Part shown: in pieces, positions 19,465 through 29,210 of the stretch | How positions within the stretch are numbered: the stretch's first letter is position 1 | Layout of the letters: each line of letters starts with the position of its first letter | Source of the DNA: a bacterium | Lineage (GTDB): Bacteria > Zhuqueibacterota > Zhuqueibacteria > Oceanimicrobiales > Oceanimicrobiaceae | Direction: 5' to 3' | Assembly (NCBI GenBank): GCA_046757525.1 | Contig: JBHHYI010000016.1 | Coordinates: 1-39,535 of the forward strand | Length of the DNA: 39,535 nt | Made by a program: the position numbers and the translations under genes | Notes under the pieces: generated by a model | The model's database searches: none | What the model saw: the letters and a program-made list of their open reading frames with translations, nothing else | Told to the model about the DNA's origin: nothing

Positions 19465-19695
19465 TTAAATACCTGAAATGCCAATATTTGCCTTTTTCTC
19501 CACTTTTTCTGTTCGTTTGCCTTTTTGTACCCGAAATTGATACAAAGCAAAATTCTTAACCCGGCTTTGGGCGGCAACCGAATGCGACCGCGGCATGGGC
19601 TTGATAACGCCATGTTCGTCATCGCCGCCCACAGCGGAAGCCGGTGATTGAGACGCCAGAAAAACCAATACCAGTAAAGCCTACAAAACCTTCAT
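19465..19695 (-). pseudogene. Remnant of an exported protein gene
   Basis: AGGAGG RBS then ATG AAG GTT TTG TAG (stop at codon 5 within a signal peptide); probable frameshift near 19490 (KGKYWHFRYL in another frame). Confidence 0.55.
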
Positions 19696-19716
19696 TTCTG
19701 ATCCTCCTTCTCTAAA

Positions 19717-20082
19717 TTAAATCTGCCGTAACAGCGCTTGAATTCTTTCTACCAGTAAGCTTCGATCAAAAGCTTTGGGAAAAGCGTCTTTGGCTCCCAA
19801 AGCAAATGCCTTAGCGATGATATTGCGGTCGTCATTTCCACCGATCAAAATGATCTCAATTTTTTGGCAATGACTTTTTATGGTTTTTATGATATCTAAG
19901 TCAGCTGAAGTTGCCGAGGTCATTTCAAGCACCAATATTGCAATTTCTGCTGTTTCAAGAACAGCGACGATTTCATTGTTCTGCCCACATTTTAAGGTGA
20001 TCACATGCTTTTGCAATTCACGAAATAAGTGTTCATCTAAAGAAATTGTCGGGCCGGATATGAGCACGCAAGATTTTGGCAT
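19717..20082 (-). CDS. Atypical receiver-domain protein
   Basis: Receiver-like pattern (ILVLE, IILIGG, AFALGAKDAFPK) lacking the acidic pocket, with Glu at the phospho-Asp position. Confidence 0.7.
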   Translation of the reverse strand: MPKSCVLISGPTISLDEHLFRELQKHVITLKCGQNNEIVAVLETAEIAILVLEMTSATSADLDIIKTIKSHCQKIEIILIGGNDDRNIIAKAFALGAKDAFPKAFDRSLLVERIQALLRQI

Positions 20083-20113
20083 TGTGTCTTCCTGAGGGAT
20101 TCAAGGCTTTGTA

Positions 20114-20129
20114 ATCAACTTGTGTGCCA
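20114..20129 (-). promoter_or_regulatory. Candidate sigma54 (-24/-12) promoter
   Basis: Minus strand TGGCACACAAGTTGAT (GA instead of GC at -12), 31 bp upstream of the 20082 ATG. Confidence 0.5.
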
Positions 20130-20231
20130 TCCACAGGAACTTTGACGAAGGCATTGCATTAATATTTTGTTTTCTAAGAAATAAGGTAAGACAATTTAAA
20201 GCAGGATTAGAGGCAACAACAGTTAGGAAGT

Positions 20232-20268
20232 AGGGCGTATTTGCCAATGCTGTTGGCAAAAATGCCAA
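20232..20268. promoter_or_regulatory. Candidate enhancer (UAS) for a sigma54 activator
   Basis: GGC-N6-GCC at 20234 and 20255, 21 bp apart; TTGGCA-AAAA-TGCCAA has perfect arms. Confidence 0.45.
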
Positions 20269-20406
20269 AGTTCAGGCAAGATTAACCACGAATGGACAAG
20301 AATTTACTCACCGTGTTTGATAAGCATATTTCACTTTATTTTGAAAACATTATGACTTATATTTAAAAGTGGTAAAAGGTTTTAGTACTTAAACCGGTTC
20401 AGGTGA

Positions 20407-20754
20407 ATGCAAGATAAAACCAATAAAAAAAATTTTGACTTTAAATTACTGGAATCTTTAGTGCAAAGAGTCGTTGCTGTTGTACATCCCATAAAGATAA
20501 TTCTTTTTGGCTCTGCAGCGCGGGGAGAGATGGATGCTAACAGCGACATTGATATTCTGGTAATCGTCCCTGATGGTACGCAACGACGACGAACAGCACA
20601 AAAGATCTATCGCCACTTGATTGGCTTTCAATGTGCTGTCGATGTTATTGTGGCCACAGAAAGTGACTTGCATAATTATGGGGACCGTTTCGGCTTGGTT
20701 TATTACCCGGCGTTACGAGAAGGAAAAGAAATTTATGTCGGAGAAGAAAGATAA
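20407..20754 (+). CDS. Minimal nucleotidyltransferase (MNT) antitoxin
   Basis: ILFGSAARG...DSDIDILV motif; 115 aa; overlaps a HEPN gene. Confidence 0.9.
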   Translation: MQDKTNKKNFDFKLLESLVQRVVAVVHPIKIILFGSAARGEMDANSDIDILVIVPDGTQRRRTAQKIYRHLIGFQCAVDVIVATESDLHNYGDRFGLVYYPALREGKEIYVGEER

Positions 20755-21136
20755 TTTGGGATCTCCTCAAGAATGGTTGGCACGAGCGCGTAGTAATTTA
20801 AAGTTAGCTCAAAGTGAAAAAACTGAGGAAATATACTGGGAGGACCTCTGCTTTGAATTACAACAATGCGCTGAAAAATCGATTAAAGCGGTGCTACTAT
20901 TTAAAGGTATTGAATTCCCCTATGTTCATGACATTGCCCGGCTAATTACTTTGGCAAAGGAAAAAAAGATTTTGTGGACAGAGGAGTTGGACGAAGCAGC
21001 AGAGTTAAGTCAATACGCTGTTGAAGCTCGTTACCCTGGTTTGTCTGAAGAAGTAAGCGAAGAGGAATACAAGCAAGCTCTGGAAGTAGCAAAAAGAGTT
21101 CTTGAATGGGCTGAAAATACTTTAGGAGAGCATTAG
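20735..21136 (+). CDS. HEPN domain protein (putative toxin)
   Basis: EWLARA..NL..A, QQCAEKSIKA, HDI, YAVEARYPG. Confidence 0.9.
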   Translation: MSEKKDNLGSPQEWLARARSNLKLAQSEKTEEIYWEDLCFELQQCAEKSIKAVLLFKGIEFPYVHDIARLITLAKEKKILWTEELDEAAELSQYAVEARYPGLSEEVSEEEYKQALEVAKRVLEWAENTLGEH

Positions 21137-21169
21137 CTGATAGAGAGTCATCTCGAAAATAATTCTCAT

Positions 21170-22714
21170 CTAAGAGCTCTCTTGACTCAAATCCTTAGGG
21201 TCAATTCCATACTTCTTCATCTTATCAAAAAAATTCTTCACGGCCATTTCCGATGCCCGTGCCGCCTGGCTGATGTTGCCTCTTGACTTCATCAGACGAT
21301 CAATGATATATTCGCGCTCGAACCTCTGCACGACACGCTGTTTGGCTGATTTAAAACTCAGTTCTTCCCCTTCCTCCGAAACGGATAAATCCGCAGGCAG
21401 ATGATCCGTTTCTATCTGCTCGCCTTTTGCTAAGATAACTGCACGCTGAATGATATTTTCAAGCTCGCGCACGTTGCCGGGAAAATCATACAAGAACAAC
21501 TGGGTCTTCGCCTTTTCCGAAAGGCATAAATTCTTTTTGTTGTATTTCTGCCCAAAAGAATGGATGAAGTGTTGCGCTAAGACCGCAATATCGCTCTTAC
21601 GCTCACGTAAAGGTGGCATATCAATTCCAATGACGTTTAACCGATAGTACAAGTCCTCGCGAAACCTTCCTTCCTTGATGAGTTGCAGCAAGTTCTTATT
21701 GGTTGCGGCAACCACGCGTACGTCACAAGCACGCACCACCGTGCTTCCTACCGGCGAGAACTCCCCGGTCTGCAAAATGCGCAGCACCTTCACTTGCATC
21801 GCGGGTGACATTTCCCCGATCTCGTCCAGAAAAATGGTACCCCCGTAGGCACGTTCAAACCACCCAACTTTGTTTTCAGTAGCGCCAGTAAAGGCTCCCC
21901 TCACATGACCGAACAGCTCCGATTCGAGCAGGTTTTCTGGCAAGGCGCCACAATTGATTGGAACAAAGGGTTTGTCGCTGCGACGGCTATTGCTGTGCAA
22001 CGCTCTGGCAAGCAGCTCTTTGCCCGTTCCGCTTTCGCCGCTCAAAAGGATGGTAGCATCGGTATCGGCCACCTGGGCGATCAGTTCAAGGATTTCCACG
22101 GTAGCTGGATGATTCCCTACGATGGCCCCAAAATCAAACCGCTGTCTCAGCTCCCTTTGTAGAGCATGAACATTGCTCTGCAGTTGTTGCCGCTCCAGGG
22201 CGTGATAAGCTGCGATGGATATGAACTCCGCAAACTTTTGAGCAAATTGGAAATTCTCCGGCTTAAAGGCCCCTCGCACCGTGCGATTATCTAAATAGAT
22301 CTCGCCAAACACCTCACCGTCTCGTAGCAATGGCAAACAAATCACAGACAGAATGTTTAGCTTGATGACGCTTTGACTGGCCTGAAAGGTGGGCTCTTCG
22401 CAAGCATTTCTCGAATATACGGCAGCTTGCTCATCTTTAACTTTGCCAATGATGCTGCGGCTAATCTCATACTTCGGCTGTTCCAATTCTTCCCTTTTCA
22501 AATTGCGGGCAGTTTGAAAACGAACTTTACCGTGGCGATCAAACAAAATGATAAGCCCGCGCTCCGCGCCCGTGCTTTCGATCAGGCCATCCATGGCGAC
22601 GGCCAATACGCGATTCAAATCCTGCTCAATTAATACGCTGCGACCAATTTCCAATAACTGTTCCAACAAAGGGGTCTCAGTCGAGGAGACCTTTTTTTTC
22701 CTAAAACTCATCAC
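21170..22714 (-). CDS. GAF-domain sigma54-dependent enhancer-binding protein (Fis-type HTH)
   Basis: GAF N-terminus; GESGTGKE, GAFTGA, FLDEIG, FREDLYYRL, PGNVREL; C-terminal HTH. Confidence 0.95.
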   Translation of the reverse strand: MMSFRKKKVSSTETPLLEQLLEIGRSVLIEQDLNRVLAVAMDGLIESTGAERGLIILFDRHGKVRFQTARNLKREELEQPKYEISRSIIGKVKDEQAAVYSRNACEEPTFQASQSVIKLNILSVICLPLLRDGEVFGEIYLDNRTVRGAFKPENFQFAQKFAEFISIAAYHALERQQLQSNVHALQRELRQRFDFGAIVGNHPATVEILELIAQVADTDATILLSGESGTGKELLARALHSNSRRSDKPFVPINCGALPENLLESELFGHVRGAFTGATENKVGWFERAYGGTIFLDEIGEMSPAMQVKVLRILQTGEFSPVGSTVVRACDVRVVAATNKNLLQLIKEGRFREDLYYRLNVIGIDMPPLRERKSDIAVLAQHFIHSFGQKYNKKNLCLSEKAKTQLFLYDFPGNVRELENIIQRAVILAKGEQIETDHLPADLSVSEEGEELSFKSAKQRVVQRFEREYIIDRLMKSRGNISQAARASEMAVKNFFDKMKKYGIDPKDLSQESS

Positions 22715-25362
22715 TACTCTAGTCCCTCAGCCATCCAGATGCTTTCCGACTCGATCTGCCTCTTGATCAAATAAAGTTGATCGCCGTGCACTGTGTAGCG
22801 AATATAATTGTGCGGGTACTTACCAAGATCAAGTGGGTAGCTCAATTGACCACTCTGTAAGTGCAACTGTGCAAATCCTTTCTCATCATAAAAATAAAGG
22901 TTGGCATCGTCCTCATCCCAGACGATTTTTGCCAAAATATCCATCTTTCTGGCAGGGAAGCGAAACACAGCGTGTTCGGTTTGATTGACAACATCATACA
23001 GCAAGACCTCTGCGCTGTTCTCGGCGACAGAATTTCGAAAATAGGCTATCCACTGGCTATCGTGTGACCAGTAGCCACCCGATTCACTGCCCGGCGATTC
23101 AGTGATTTGACTAACAGTCCCGCTGTCGGTCGATGTGATCCATAACTCAAACTGGCCACTTCGATTTGAAAGAAAACAGATGGCTTTGCCGTCGGGTGCG
23201 TAAGTAGGCATCCAGTCCGCACCCGCATGCTCGATTATCTTTTCAGCGCGGCCTCCCGAAGCTGGGATTCGCCAAATGTCCGAGTTGTTGCCGCCGCCGG
23301 CATCAAAAAGGATCCAGCGACCGTCTGGTGACCAGGACGGGGCATAAGCGCTTTGTGCATCATATAGCAGCCTCTGGTTGCCGTGAACAGGATCAAACAG
23401 CGCCAAAGCACGCTGGCTGCCGTAGAAGGTCTCTAAGGCCAGCATCCTGCCGTCCGGTGAAATTGCCAGGTTGGTAGTCAACTGAGTGTGTGTGGTGATT
23501 AACTCCGCTTCTCGCCAGGCGTCCTCAAGATTCTGCCCAAAAGGAATACGCCAGAGTTCCTCAAGCTCATTGCCACTTTGATAAATAATTCTTTTGCCAT
23601 CTGGTGAAATGTTGAATCGTCCGAACTTCGCGTCCGCAATGACCAGCTCGGGCTGGGCGGTGAGCCTGGCAGAAGGCAAATCCACCTTGACGCGATAAAG
23701 TCCTGCCATCCCGTTGATGCTGGTCTTAAAATAGATATATTGTCCGGACGGCGACCAAATAGGTGAAGCGATATCGTCGCCTAACTTCTTGAGTTCGTTG
23801 GCCTTGCCCGTGGCGGCGTTGAGCAACCACAAGGCCCTGCCGCTGCCTACACCTCCAATGCAAATAATCCAGTGGCCATTTGGAGACCAAGCCGGCGAAT
23901 CATAACTCAACCGATTATTTGGAGATAATCGCCTAAGAGTGCTGTCAGCAAAATCAAACAACCAAACTTCATTGTCTTCCCAGACCAAGAAGGGGGTCCG
24001 TTTTGAAAAAACAATCCGTCGCCCATCCGGGGACCATCTGGGCGTATAACCAAATTCAGTGAGTTTTACTACCCCACTGGTTTCGGATGTGTCGACCAGG
24101 CAAATACCACCCGCATCCTGGTGCACCGCTATCCAGCGAGCTTTTCCAGACCAATCAAGACCGTAAAGCAAGGGTTTTGTATCAAGGGATGATTTTTCAT
24201 AAATCGTCTGTGTACGTCCACTGTTAAGGTCTTTAATCTTCAAGTTTTGGGTAAAGGTGTCGGAGTCTATCTTTGTGGATACGTAGGCGATTTGCTGGCC
24301 GCTGGGCGAAAAAACGGGCCACACATCAGAGTCCGTAGTCAAACTCAAACCCTGGACCTTGATTTTCGGCAGCGTGTGGGTTTGGTCTTTTGTTGCCAAG
24401 AACAACCGAGCGACCAACAAAGACATCCCCAGCATCCCTATTGTAATCGCTGAATAAATGACTTTTTTCGACATCCGTTTCGCCGGATCTAAAATCCGAC
24501 TTAGCTCACGACCCATTACCGCAACGCTTTGAAACCTGGCACCAGGAGATTTCGCCAGAGCCTGCAACACGATGGAATCCATGGCCTTTGAAATATGGGG
24601 TCGCACGGAAGATGGGGCCCTGGGCACGTCATCCAGAATGGAAGACATTAGTGATAAACTATCTTTGCCGCGGAAAGGCGGAATTCCCGTAAGAAGTTCA
24701 TATAGAATCACCCCAAGTGAAAACATATCCGTGCGCTCATCGATGGTCCCGTGTTCGACTTGCTCGGGGCTCATGTAAAGCACGGTACCTTCAACCCCGG
24801 TACTCGAGGTTTTCACCTGCTCAGTGACCGCCGCTGATGGCAACGGGGTGTCTTTGTTGGGGTTGGTTTGCTTTTCCTTATGAGTGATCTTCGCCAACCC
24901 AAAATCCATGATTTTAACGTAACCGTCCCTGGTCACCATGATATTGTCAGGTTTAATGTCACGGTGAATAATTCCTTTTGCGTGAGTCGCAGCCAACGCG
25001 TCACAGATTTGTACACAGAGTTTGGCCGCCACCTTCTCCGGCAACGGGCCCTTCTGTCGCAGCATTTCTCCTAGCGTCTGACCATCGATGTATTCCATAA
25101 CGATATAGTGTGTGGCACCAAAGTGACCGATGTCGTACACGGTGCAGATATTGGGATGATTCAAAGCCGAAGCCGCCTGCGCCTCGTGCAGAAATCGCTG
25201 GAGATTTTTTTCCTCAGCAACGAGATGCGGAGAAAGCAGTTTGATAGCAACCCACCGCAGAAGCCTGGGGTCATAGGCTTTATAAACAATGCCCATGCCT
25301 CCGTGCCCAAGAGAATCCCGTATTTCATAATGCAAAATCTTTTTCCCCATGAAGTCTAACAC
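22714..25362 (-). CDS. Transmembrane Ser/Thr protein kinase with TolB/PD40 beta-propeller region
   Basis: LGHGGMGIVY, VAIK, HRDIKPDN, DFG, YMSPE; one TM; repeated WSPDG motifs; start 25362 or 25350. Confidence 0.95.
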   Translation of the reverse strand: MLDFMGKKILHYEIRDSLGHGGMGIVYKAYDPRLLRWVAIKLLSPHLVAEEKNLQRFLHEAQAASALNHPNICTVYDIGHFGATHYIVMEYIDGQTLGEMLRQKGPLPEKVAAKLCVQICDALAATHAKGIIHRDIKPDNIMVTRDGYVKIMDFGLAKITHKEKQTNPNKDTPLPSAAVTEQVKTSSTGVEGTVLYMSPEQVEHGTIDERTDMFSLGVILYELLTGIPPFRGKDSLSLMSSILDDVPRAPSSVRPHISKAMDSIVLQALAKSPGARFQSVAVMGRELSRILDPAKRMSKKVIYSAITIGMLGMSLLVARLFLATKDQTHTLPKIKVQGLSLTTDSDVWPVFSPSGQQIAYVSTKIDSDTFTQNLKIKDLNSGRTQTIYEKSSLDTKPLLYGLDWSGKARWIAVHQDAGGICLVDTSETSGVVKLTEFGYTPRWSPDGRRIVFSKRTPFLVWEDNEVWLFDFADSTLRRLSPNNRLSYDSPAWSPNGHWIICIGGVGSGRALWLLNAATGKANELKKLGDDIASPIWSPSGQYIYFKTSINGMAGLYRVKVDLPSARLTAQPELVIADAKFGRFNISPDGKRIIYQSGNELEELWRIPFGQNLEDAWREAELITTHTQLTTNLAISPDGRMLALETFYGSQRALALFDPVHGNQRLLYDAQSAYAPSWSPDGRWILFDAGGGNNSDIWRIPASGGRAEKIIEHAGADWMPTYAPDGKAICFLSNRSGQFELWITSTDSGTVSQITESPGSESGGYWSHDSQWIAYFRNSVAENSAEVLLYDVVNQTEHAVFRFPARKMDILAKIVWDEDDANLYFYDEKGFAQLHLQSGQLSYPLDLGKYPHNYIRYTVHGDQLYLIKRQIESESIWMAEGLE

Positions 25363-25512
25363 TTGTTTACCTTTGACTGGGTGTTTTGATTTTTCGAGAC
25401 AGGTTACGCCTTCTATGTGGTACCTATTTGCGAAAACTCAGTTTTCAAACTGAGGAATTGTCCAGGTTTAGAATATCCAGCGCATAAGATAACACCTCAG
25501 AAGTCAGGGAAC

Positions 25513-26628
25513 TTACGGCTGGTCAAGCTCAACTGACGTCTTCAATTTCTTTTCCTTCTCAAACCGCGCAATGGCGAGCTGAATCAACCGGTCGATGAGC
25601 TCCGAGTAAGGAATTCCGCTGACCTCCCAGAGTTTTGGGTACATGCTGATTCGGGTGAAGCCGGGAATGCTGTTGAGTTCATTTACGTAAACTTCCCGTT
25701 CCTTGCGCAAGAAAAAATCCACCCGCGCCATGCCTTCACAGCAGAGGGTCTTGAACGTCGCAATCGCCAGCTCCTGGACTCTCTCGACGATTGCCTGCGG
25801 TAGCTTAGCCGGGATTTCCAAAACAGCCCCGTGTTCGTCGATGTACTTGGCCCGGTAAGAATAGAATTCATCTTGTGGGAGAATTTCGCCAGGAAGCGAA
25901 GCCACTGGATCTTCGTTGCCCAAAACAGAACATTCGATTTCCCGTCCTTGCATGAATTCCTCGATGATGATCTTGCTGTCGTACTGCAAGGCGTCCCGGA
26001 CCGCCAGGCCGAATGCCTCCCGGTCGCTGACTTTGTGAATGCCCACGGAGGAGCCCAGGTTAGCCGGCTTGACAAATACCGGCGACCCCAGTTGCCTGGT
26101 TACCTCTTCAAAATCTATTTCTCGTTGCAATGACTGCGGATAAACCAGGAACCTGGCGGTGGGAATGCCCGCGTCGCGCAGCAACCGCTTCATCACGTCT
26201 TTGTCCATGCCAACGGCTGATCCCAACACGCTGGCACCGACAAACGGCACGTTGGCCAGCTTGAGCAACCCCTGAATGGTACCGTCCTCTCCAAAAGGAC
26301 CGTGCAAAACCGGAAAGATCACATCGAGTTGGCCAAACGATTTGTTGTCGGAAAGGCTGACCAGTTGCTGCTGGCCGCTCGGCGCGGTAACCAGGGCTAC
26401 GTTCTCATTGGCCTGGTTTAAGGCAATGAGTTTGGGATTGTCGGCATTCAAGAGAAATCTGGAAGCCTCATTCAGATACCACCGACCTTGCTTGTCGATG
26501 CCGATCAAAACGACGTCGTATTTGTTTCTGTCGATGGCTTCCACCACGTTCTTGGCCGATTGCAGGGAGACTTCATGCTCTGCGGATTTACCACCAAAGA
26601 GAATGCCGACGCGAAGTTTCTGGGTCAT
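25513..26628 (-). CDS. ddlA: D-alanine--D-alanine ligase A
   Basis: GGKSAEHEVSLQSA, LHGPFGEDGT, GMDK, KPANLGSSVG, NELNSIPGFT.ISMYP. Confidence 0.97.
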   Translation of the reverse strand: MTQKLRVGILFGGKSAEHEVSLQSAKNVVEAIDRNKYDVVLIGIDKQGRWYLNEASRFLLNADNPKLIALNQANENVALVTAPSGQQQLVSLSDNKSFGQLDVIFPVLHGPFGEDGTIQGLLKLANVPFVGASVLGSAVGMDKDVMKRLLRDAGIPTARFLVYPQSLQREIDFEEVTRQLGSPVFVKPANLGSSVGIHKVSDREAFGLAVRDALQYDSKIIIEEFMQGREIECSVLGNEDPVASLPGEILPQDEFYSYRAKYIDEHGAVLEIPAKLPQAIVERVQELAIATFKTLCCEGMARVDFFLRKEREVYVNELNSIPGFTRISMYPKLWEVSGIPYSELIDRLIQLAIARFEKEKKLKTSVELDQP

Positions 26629-26638
26629 GTTTCTGTTT

Positions 26639-27052
26639 TCACCTCATGAGTAAGACCGAGGACAATGGCAGGGCCTCGATGCGTGGATCTGCAACCTCTA
26701 CATCGTCTGTGAGCGTAATCAGCAACCCGAAAGGGGCATTGTAAACGGCCTTTTCCACGAAAGCTCGCAGACCCAGCGTATCACGGTGAGGGTCGATCTT
26801 TTCACTGTGCAGAAGGTGGTCGATGATCTGTTCTTGCAGCGTGGTCTTTCCCACCTGAAGGGGACCACGCAGGACAGTGACAGGCGCCAGCCCGGCCTTA
26901 AGCTTTTGCAGTGTCGGTTCGAAAAGCCAGCGCCGAAGGGGGGGCAAGGGCCGCATGGGCTGGCTCTCCCACCAGGGATTGGTCTCCCGCAAAAATGCCT
27001 CCAGGGAAGGACTCAGACGCTCGCCAAAAAAAGTAGGCTCAAGGTCGGACAT
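26639..27052 (-). pseudogene. Internally deleted AAA_14/DUF4143-type ATPase
   Basis: NPWW and degenerate Walker A GPLQVGKTT joined at IDPHR directly to a C-terminal LLIT...LPLS..LL tail; 137 aa, no Walker B. Confidence 0.7.
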
Positions 27053-27131
27053 ATTGGAATGGTTTAACCTCACTCGCTTTCTCTTGATCGAGAATTCTCT
27101 CAAGCCAGACATTGGTGTCAAAGAGAAGCAT
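27039..27131 (-). pseudogene. Truncated PIN-domain (VapC-like) toxin
   Basis: Not in ORF track: MLLFDTNVWLERILDQEKASEVKPFQYVRP*, with DTN PIN motif, starting 3 bp after the antitoxin stop. Confidence 0.7.
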
Positions 27132-27134
27132 AAG

Positions 27135-27353
27135 TCAGTCACCCCACCATTTTAGGGCTTTCTTCTGCAGCTCCAAAGACGTGTATTTATGCTTGTACTC
27201 TTTTAACGCTCCAGCCCAATCTTGACGCAGTTTTGTGCCCTTTTTTCGACCTCGCTTATCGATGAGAAATTCCATGAAATCTTTGACTTCGTCGTGGTAT
27301 TCAGGTGGAAGCTCCGCAACTAATTCTACCAGGGTTTTTGTGGAGTTTTTCAT
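27135..27353 (-). CDS. DUF2281-like antitoxin
   Basis: LPPE...EV.DF.EFL and W.GAL....YTSLELQ motifs; upstream of a PIN remnant. Confidence 0.75.
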   Translation of the reverse strand: MKNSTKTLVELVAELPPEYHDEVKDFMEFLIDKRGRKKGTKLRQDWAGALKEYKHKYTSLELQKKALKWWGD

Positions 27354-27512
27354 AGATAGCTCCCAATGATTTGAACGGTAGTGTCAAAAGTTTCAGCTCG
27401 AATATGGAGTTAACGATGTACACCTGAAGATGCATTCCGGGCAGCGATGCCAACGACAGGAGTCTCTTGCCTTCTTCCTTCCCTTCGTCGTTTTGACCAA
27501 CGAATCGCCTTC

Positions 27513-27586
27513 CTTGGAGTGCTGAAGCCCTGCTTCAACCTTTCCACGTTTCCACAAGGCGCAAGCAAGGCTTGCGCACGCCAAAG
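27513..27586. repeat. REP-like inverted doublet
   Basis: TTGGAGTGC-TGAAGC-CCT-GCTTCA ... GCGCAAGC-AAG-GCTTGCGC-ACGCCAA. Confidence 0.6.
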
Positions 27587-27660
27587 TGACTCTCACCTGG
27601 AACAAGAACAGTGTCACCCCACTTTTTCAAATATAAAAAATTCCCCAACAAATCGCAAAG

Positions 27661-27990
27661 CTATTCCTGGTACACCACGGCCGTGCCGCTGGCACTGACC
27701 ATGAGCATGTTGCCGCCGGAACCGATGCCAATGGTTTCGTAGTCGAGGTCCACCGCAATGACCGCATTACCGCCGAGGCCGCGGGCCTGCTCCACCATCT
27801 CCTGCACGGCGATTTCTTTAGCGCTGCGCAGCTCCTTCTCGTAGGCCGCGGAGCGCCCACCGACGATGTCGCGGATGCCGGCAAAAAAATCCTTGAAAAT
27901 GTTGGCGCCCAGAATCGCTTCACCGCTGACCAAACCCAGGTACTTTGCGATTTTTTTGCCTTCGATGTTGGGGGTTGTTAAGACTAACAT
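27661..27990 (-). CDS. ybjQ: YbjQ family (UPF0145) putative heavy-metal-binding protein
   Basis: [42 protein letters not shown]. Confidence 0.93.
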   Translation of the reverse strand: MLVLTTPNIEGKKIAKYLGLVSGEAILGANIFKDFFAGIRDIVGGRSAAYEKELRSAKEIAVQEMVEQARGLGGNAVIAVDLDYETIGIGSGGNMLMVSASGTAVVYQE

Positions 27991-28009
27991 AACGATTTCT
28001 CCTTGAATT

Positions 28010-29209
28010 TTAATATCTGAAAATCGTGCCTTCGCGGCCAAACCATTTCGAACAAAAGAACAAACTCAACCCTGCCAGCACGACTTGAGAAAGGTAGACC
28101 AGGCTCAACACGCCTGGTTCAATGGTTCCCGAAACGATGTCCTTGGTTGCCAGAGAAATGTTTAGAATGGGAATCCAGGCTGTGGTTGAATTCAAGGTTA
28201 TGCCCGGCAACAAGCCAACTACTGCAGGAAGAATGACCACGATCAGCAAAGGACTGATGAGGCTCTGTGCTTCTTTGTAGGATTTAGCGAAGATAGACAA
28301 AGTCAGCAATATGCCCGCAAAAAAGATGGTTAAGGGCAGCAGCAGAGACAAGACCAGGAGGATCGATTTAACCTCCAGAATTCCCAGAAGCACGCTCACC
28401 AACTCCTTGGGAATCTCTTTGATTTGCCGGATAGCCAGATAGAGGCCTACCATGGACACCGCTGCCGAAGCTACTCCGGTGACGACCACCACGCCGAATT
28501 TGCCCAGCAAAATCTGAAACCGGCTCACGGGCGCCGTCAGCAACGTTTCAATGGTGCCCCGTTCCTTCTCGCCAGCACCCAGATCGATGGCGGGGTACAT
28601 GCTGCCCGTAAAACAAAAAATGATGAACAGATAAGGCAAAAAGCCGCCGATCATTCTTCCCAGGCGTTCCTTCTGCGTGGCCACATTGACTTCAACCAGA
28701 TTCAAAGGTTTTACAATTTTTTCGTTCAGGTTTAGAGCCTTGAAGCGGTCAGCAATAAGAGCCTTCTCATAGTCGTCGACCAGGTCCTTCAAGCGCCGCT
28801 TGGTGATGTCCTCGTTTTCATCTTCAGTGGATTTGTAATAGAACTTCAATCTGCCGGCACGCAGGTCGGTAACGTGTTCGTCAAATTTTTTAGAAAATAC
28901 AAACGCCCCGTCTAAACTGTCTTTCCGGATCAAGGCCCGCACGCTGTCTACCGGGATATTCTTCACAACTTTTAAGTCGTCGTGATCCGAGAGCATGTCT
29001 TCAAATTTGGCCGCATTGCCAAAGGTGACTAATCCAACCTTCAGCACTTCCTCCCTGGCCTTCTTGACTTGCGACATCTGAACTTTGGTCATTACGGTCA
29101 TGATCACTGGAATTAACAAGAGCGGCACCAGGACCATGGCGATAAGCGTGCGTCGATCGCGAAGCGTATCGATGATCTCCTTTTTGAATATGGTCAATAC
29201 TGATTTCAT
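28010..29209 (-). CDS. ABC exporter permease, NatB-like
   Basis: [35 protein letters not shown]; multiple TMs. Confidence 0.9.
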   Translation of the reverse strand: MKSVLTIFKKEIIDTLRDRRTLIAMVLVPLLLIPVIMTVMTKVQMSQVKKAREEVLKVGLVTFGNAAKFEDMLSDHDDLKVVKNIPVDSVRALIRKDSLDGAFVFSKKFDEHVTDLRAGRLKFYYKSTEDENEDITKRRLKDLVDDYEKALIADRFKALNLNEKIVKPLNLVEVNVATQKERLGRMIGGFLPYLFIIFCFTGSMYPAIDLGAGEKERGTIETLLTAPVSRFQILLGKFGVVVVTGVASAAVSMVGLYLAIRQIKEIPKELVSVLLGILEVKSILLVLSLLLPLTIFFAGILLTLSIFAKSYKEAQSLISPLLIVVILPAVVGLLPGITLNSTTAWIPILNISLATKDIVSGTIEPGVLSLVYLSQVVLAGLSLFFCSKWFGREGTIFRY

Positions 29210-29210
29210 C

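Noticed and set aside
19681..19683. In-frame TAG as pyrrolysine or stop-codon recoding
   Set aside because: Other genes here end in TAG normally, and the same gene also appears frameshifted.
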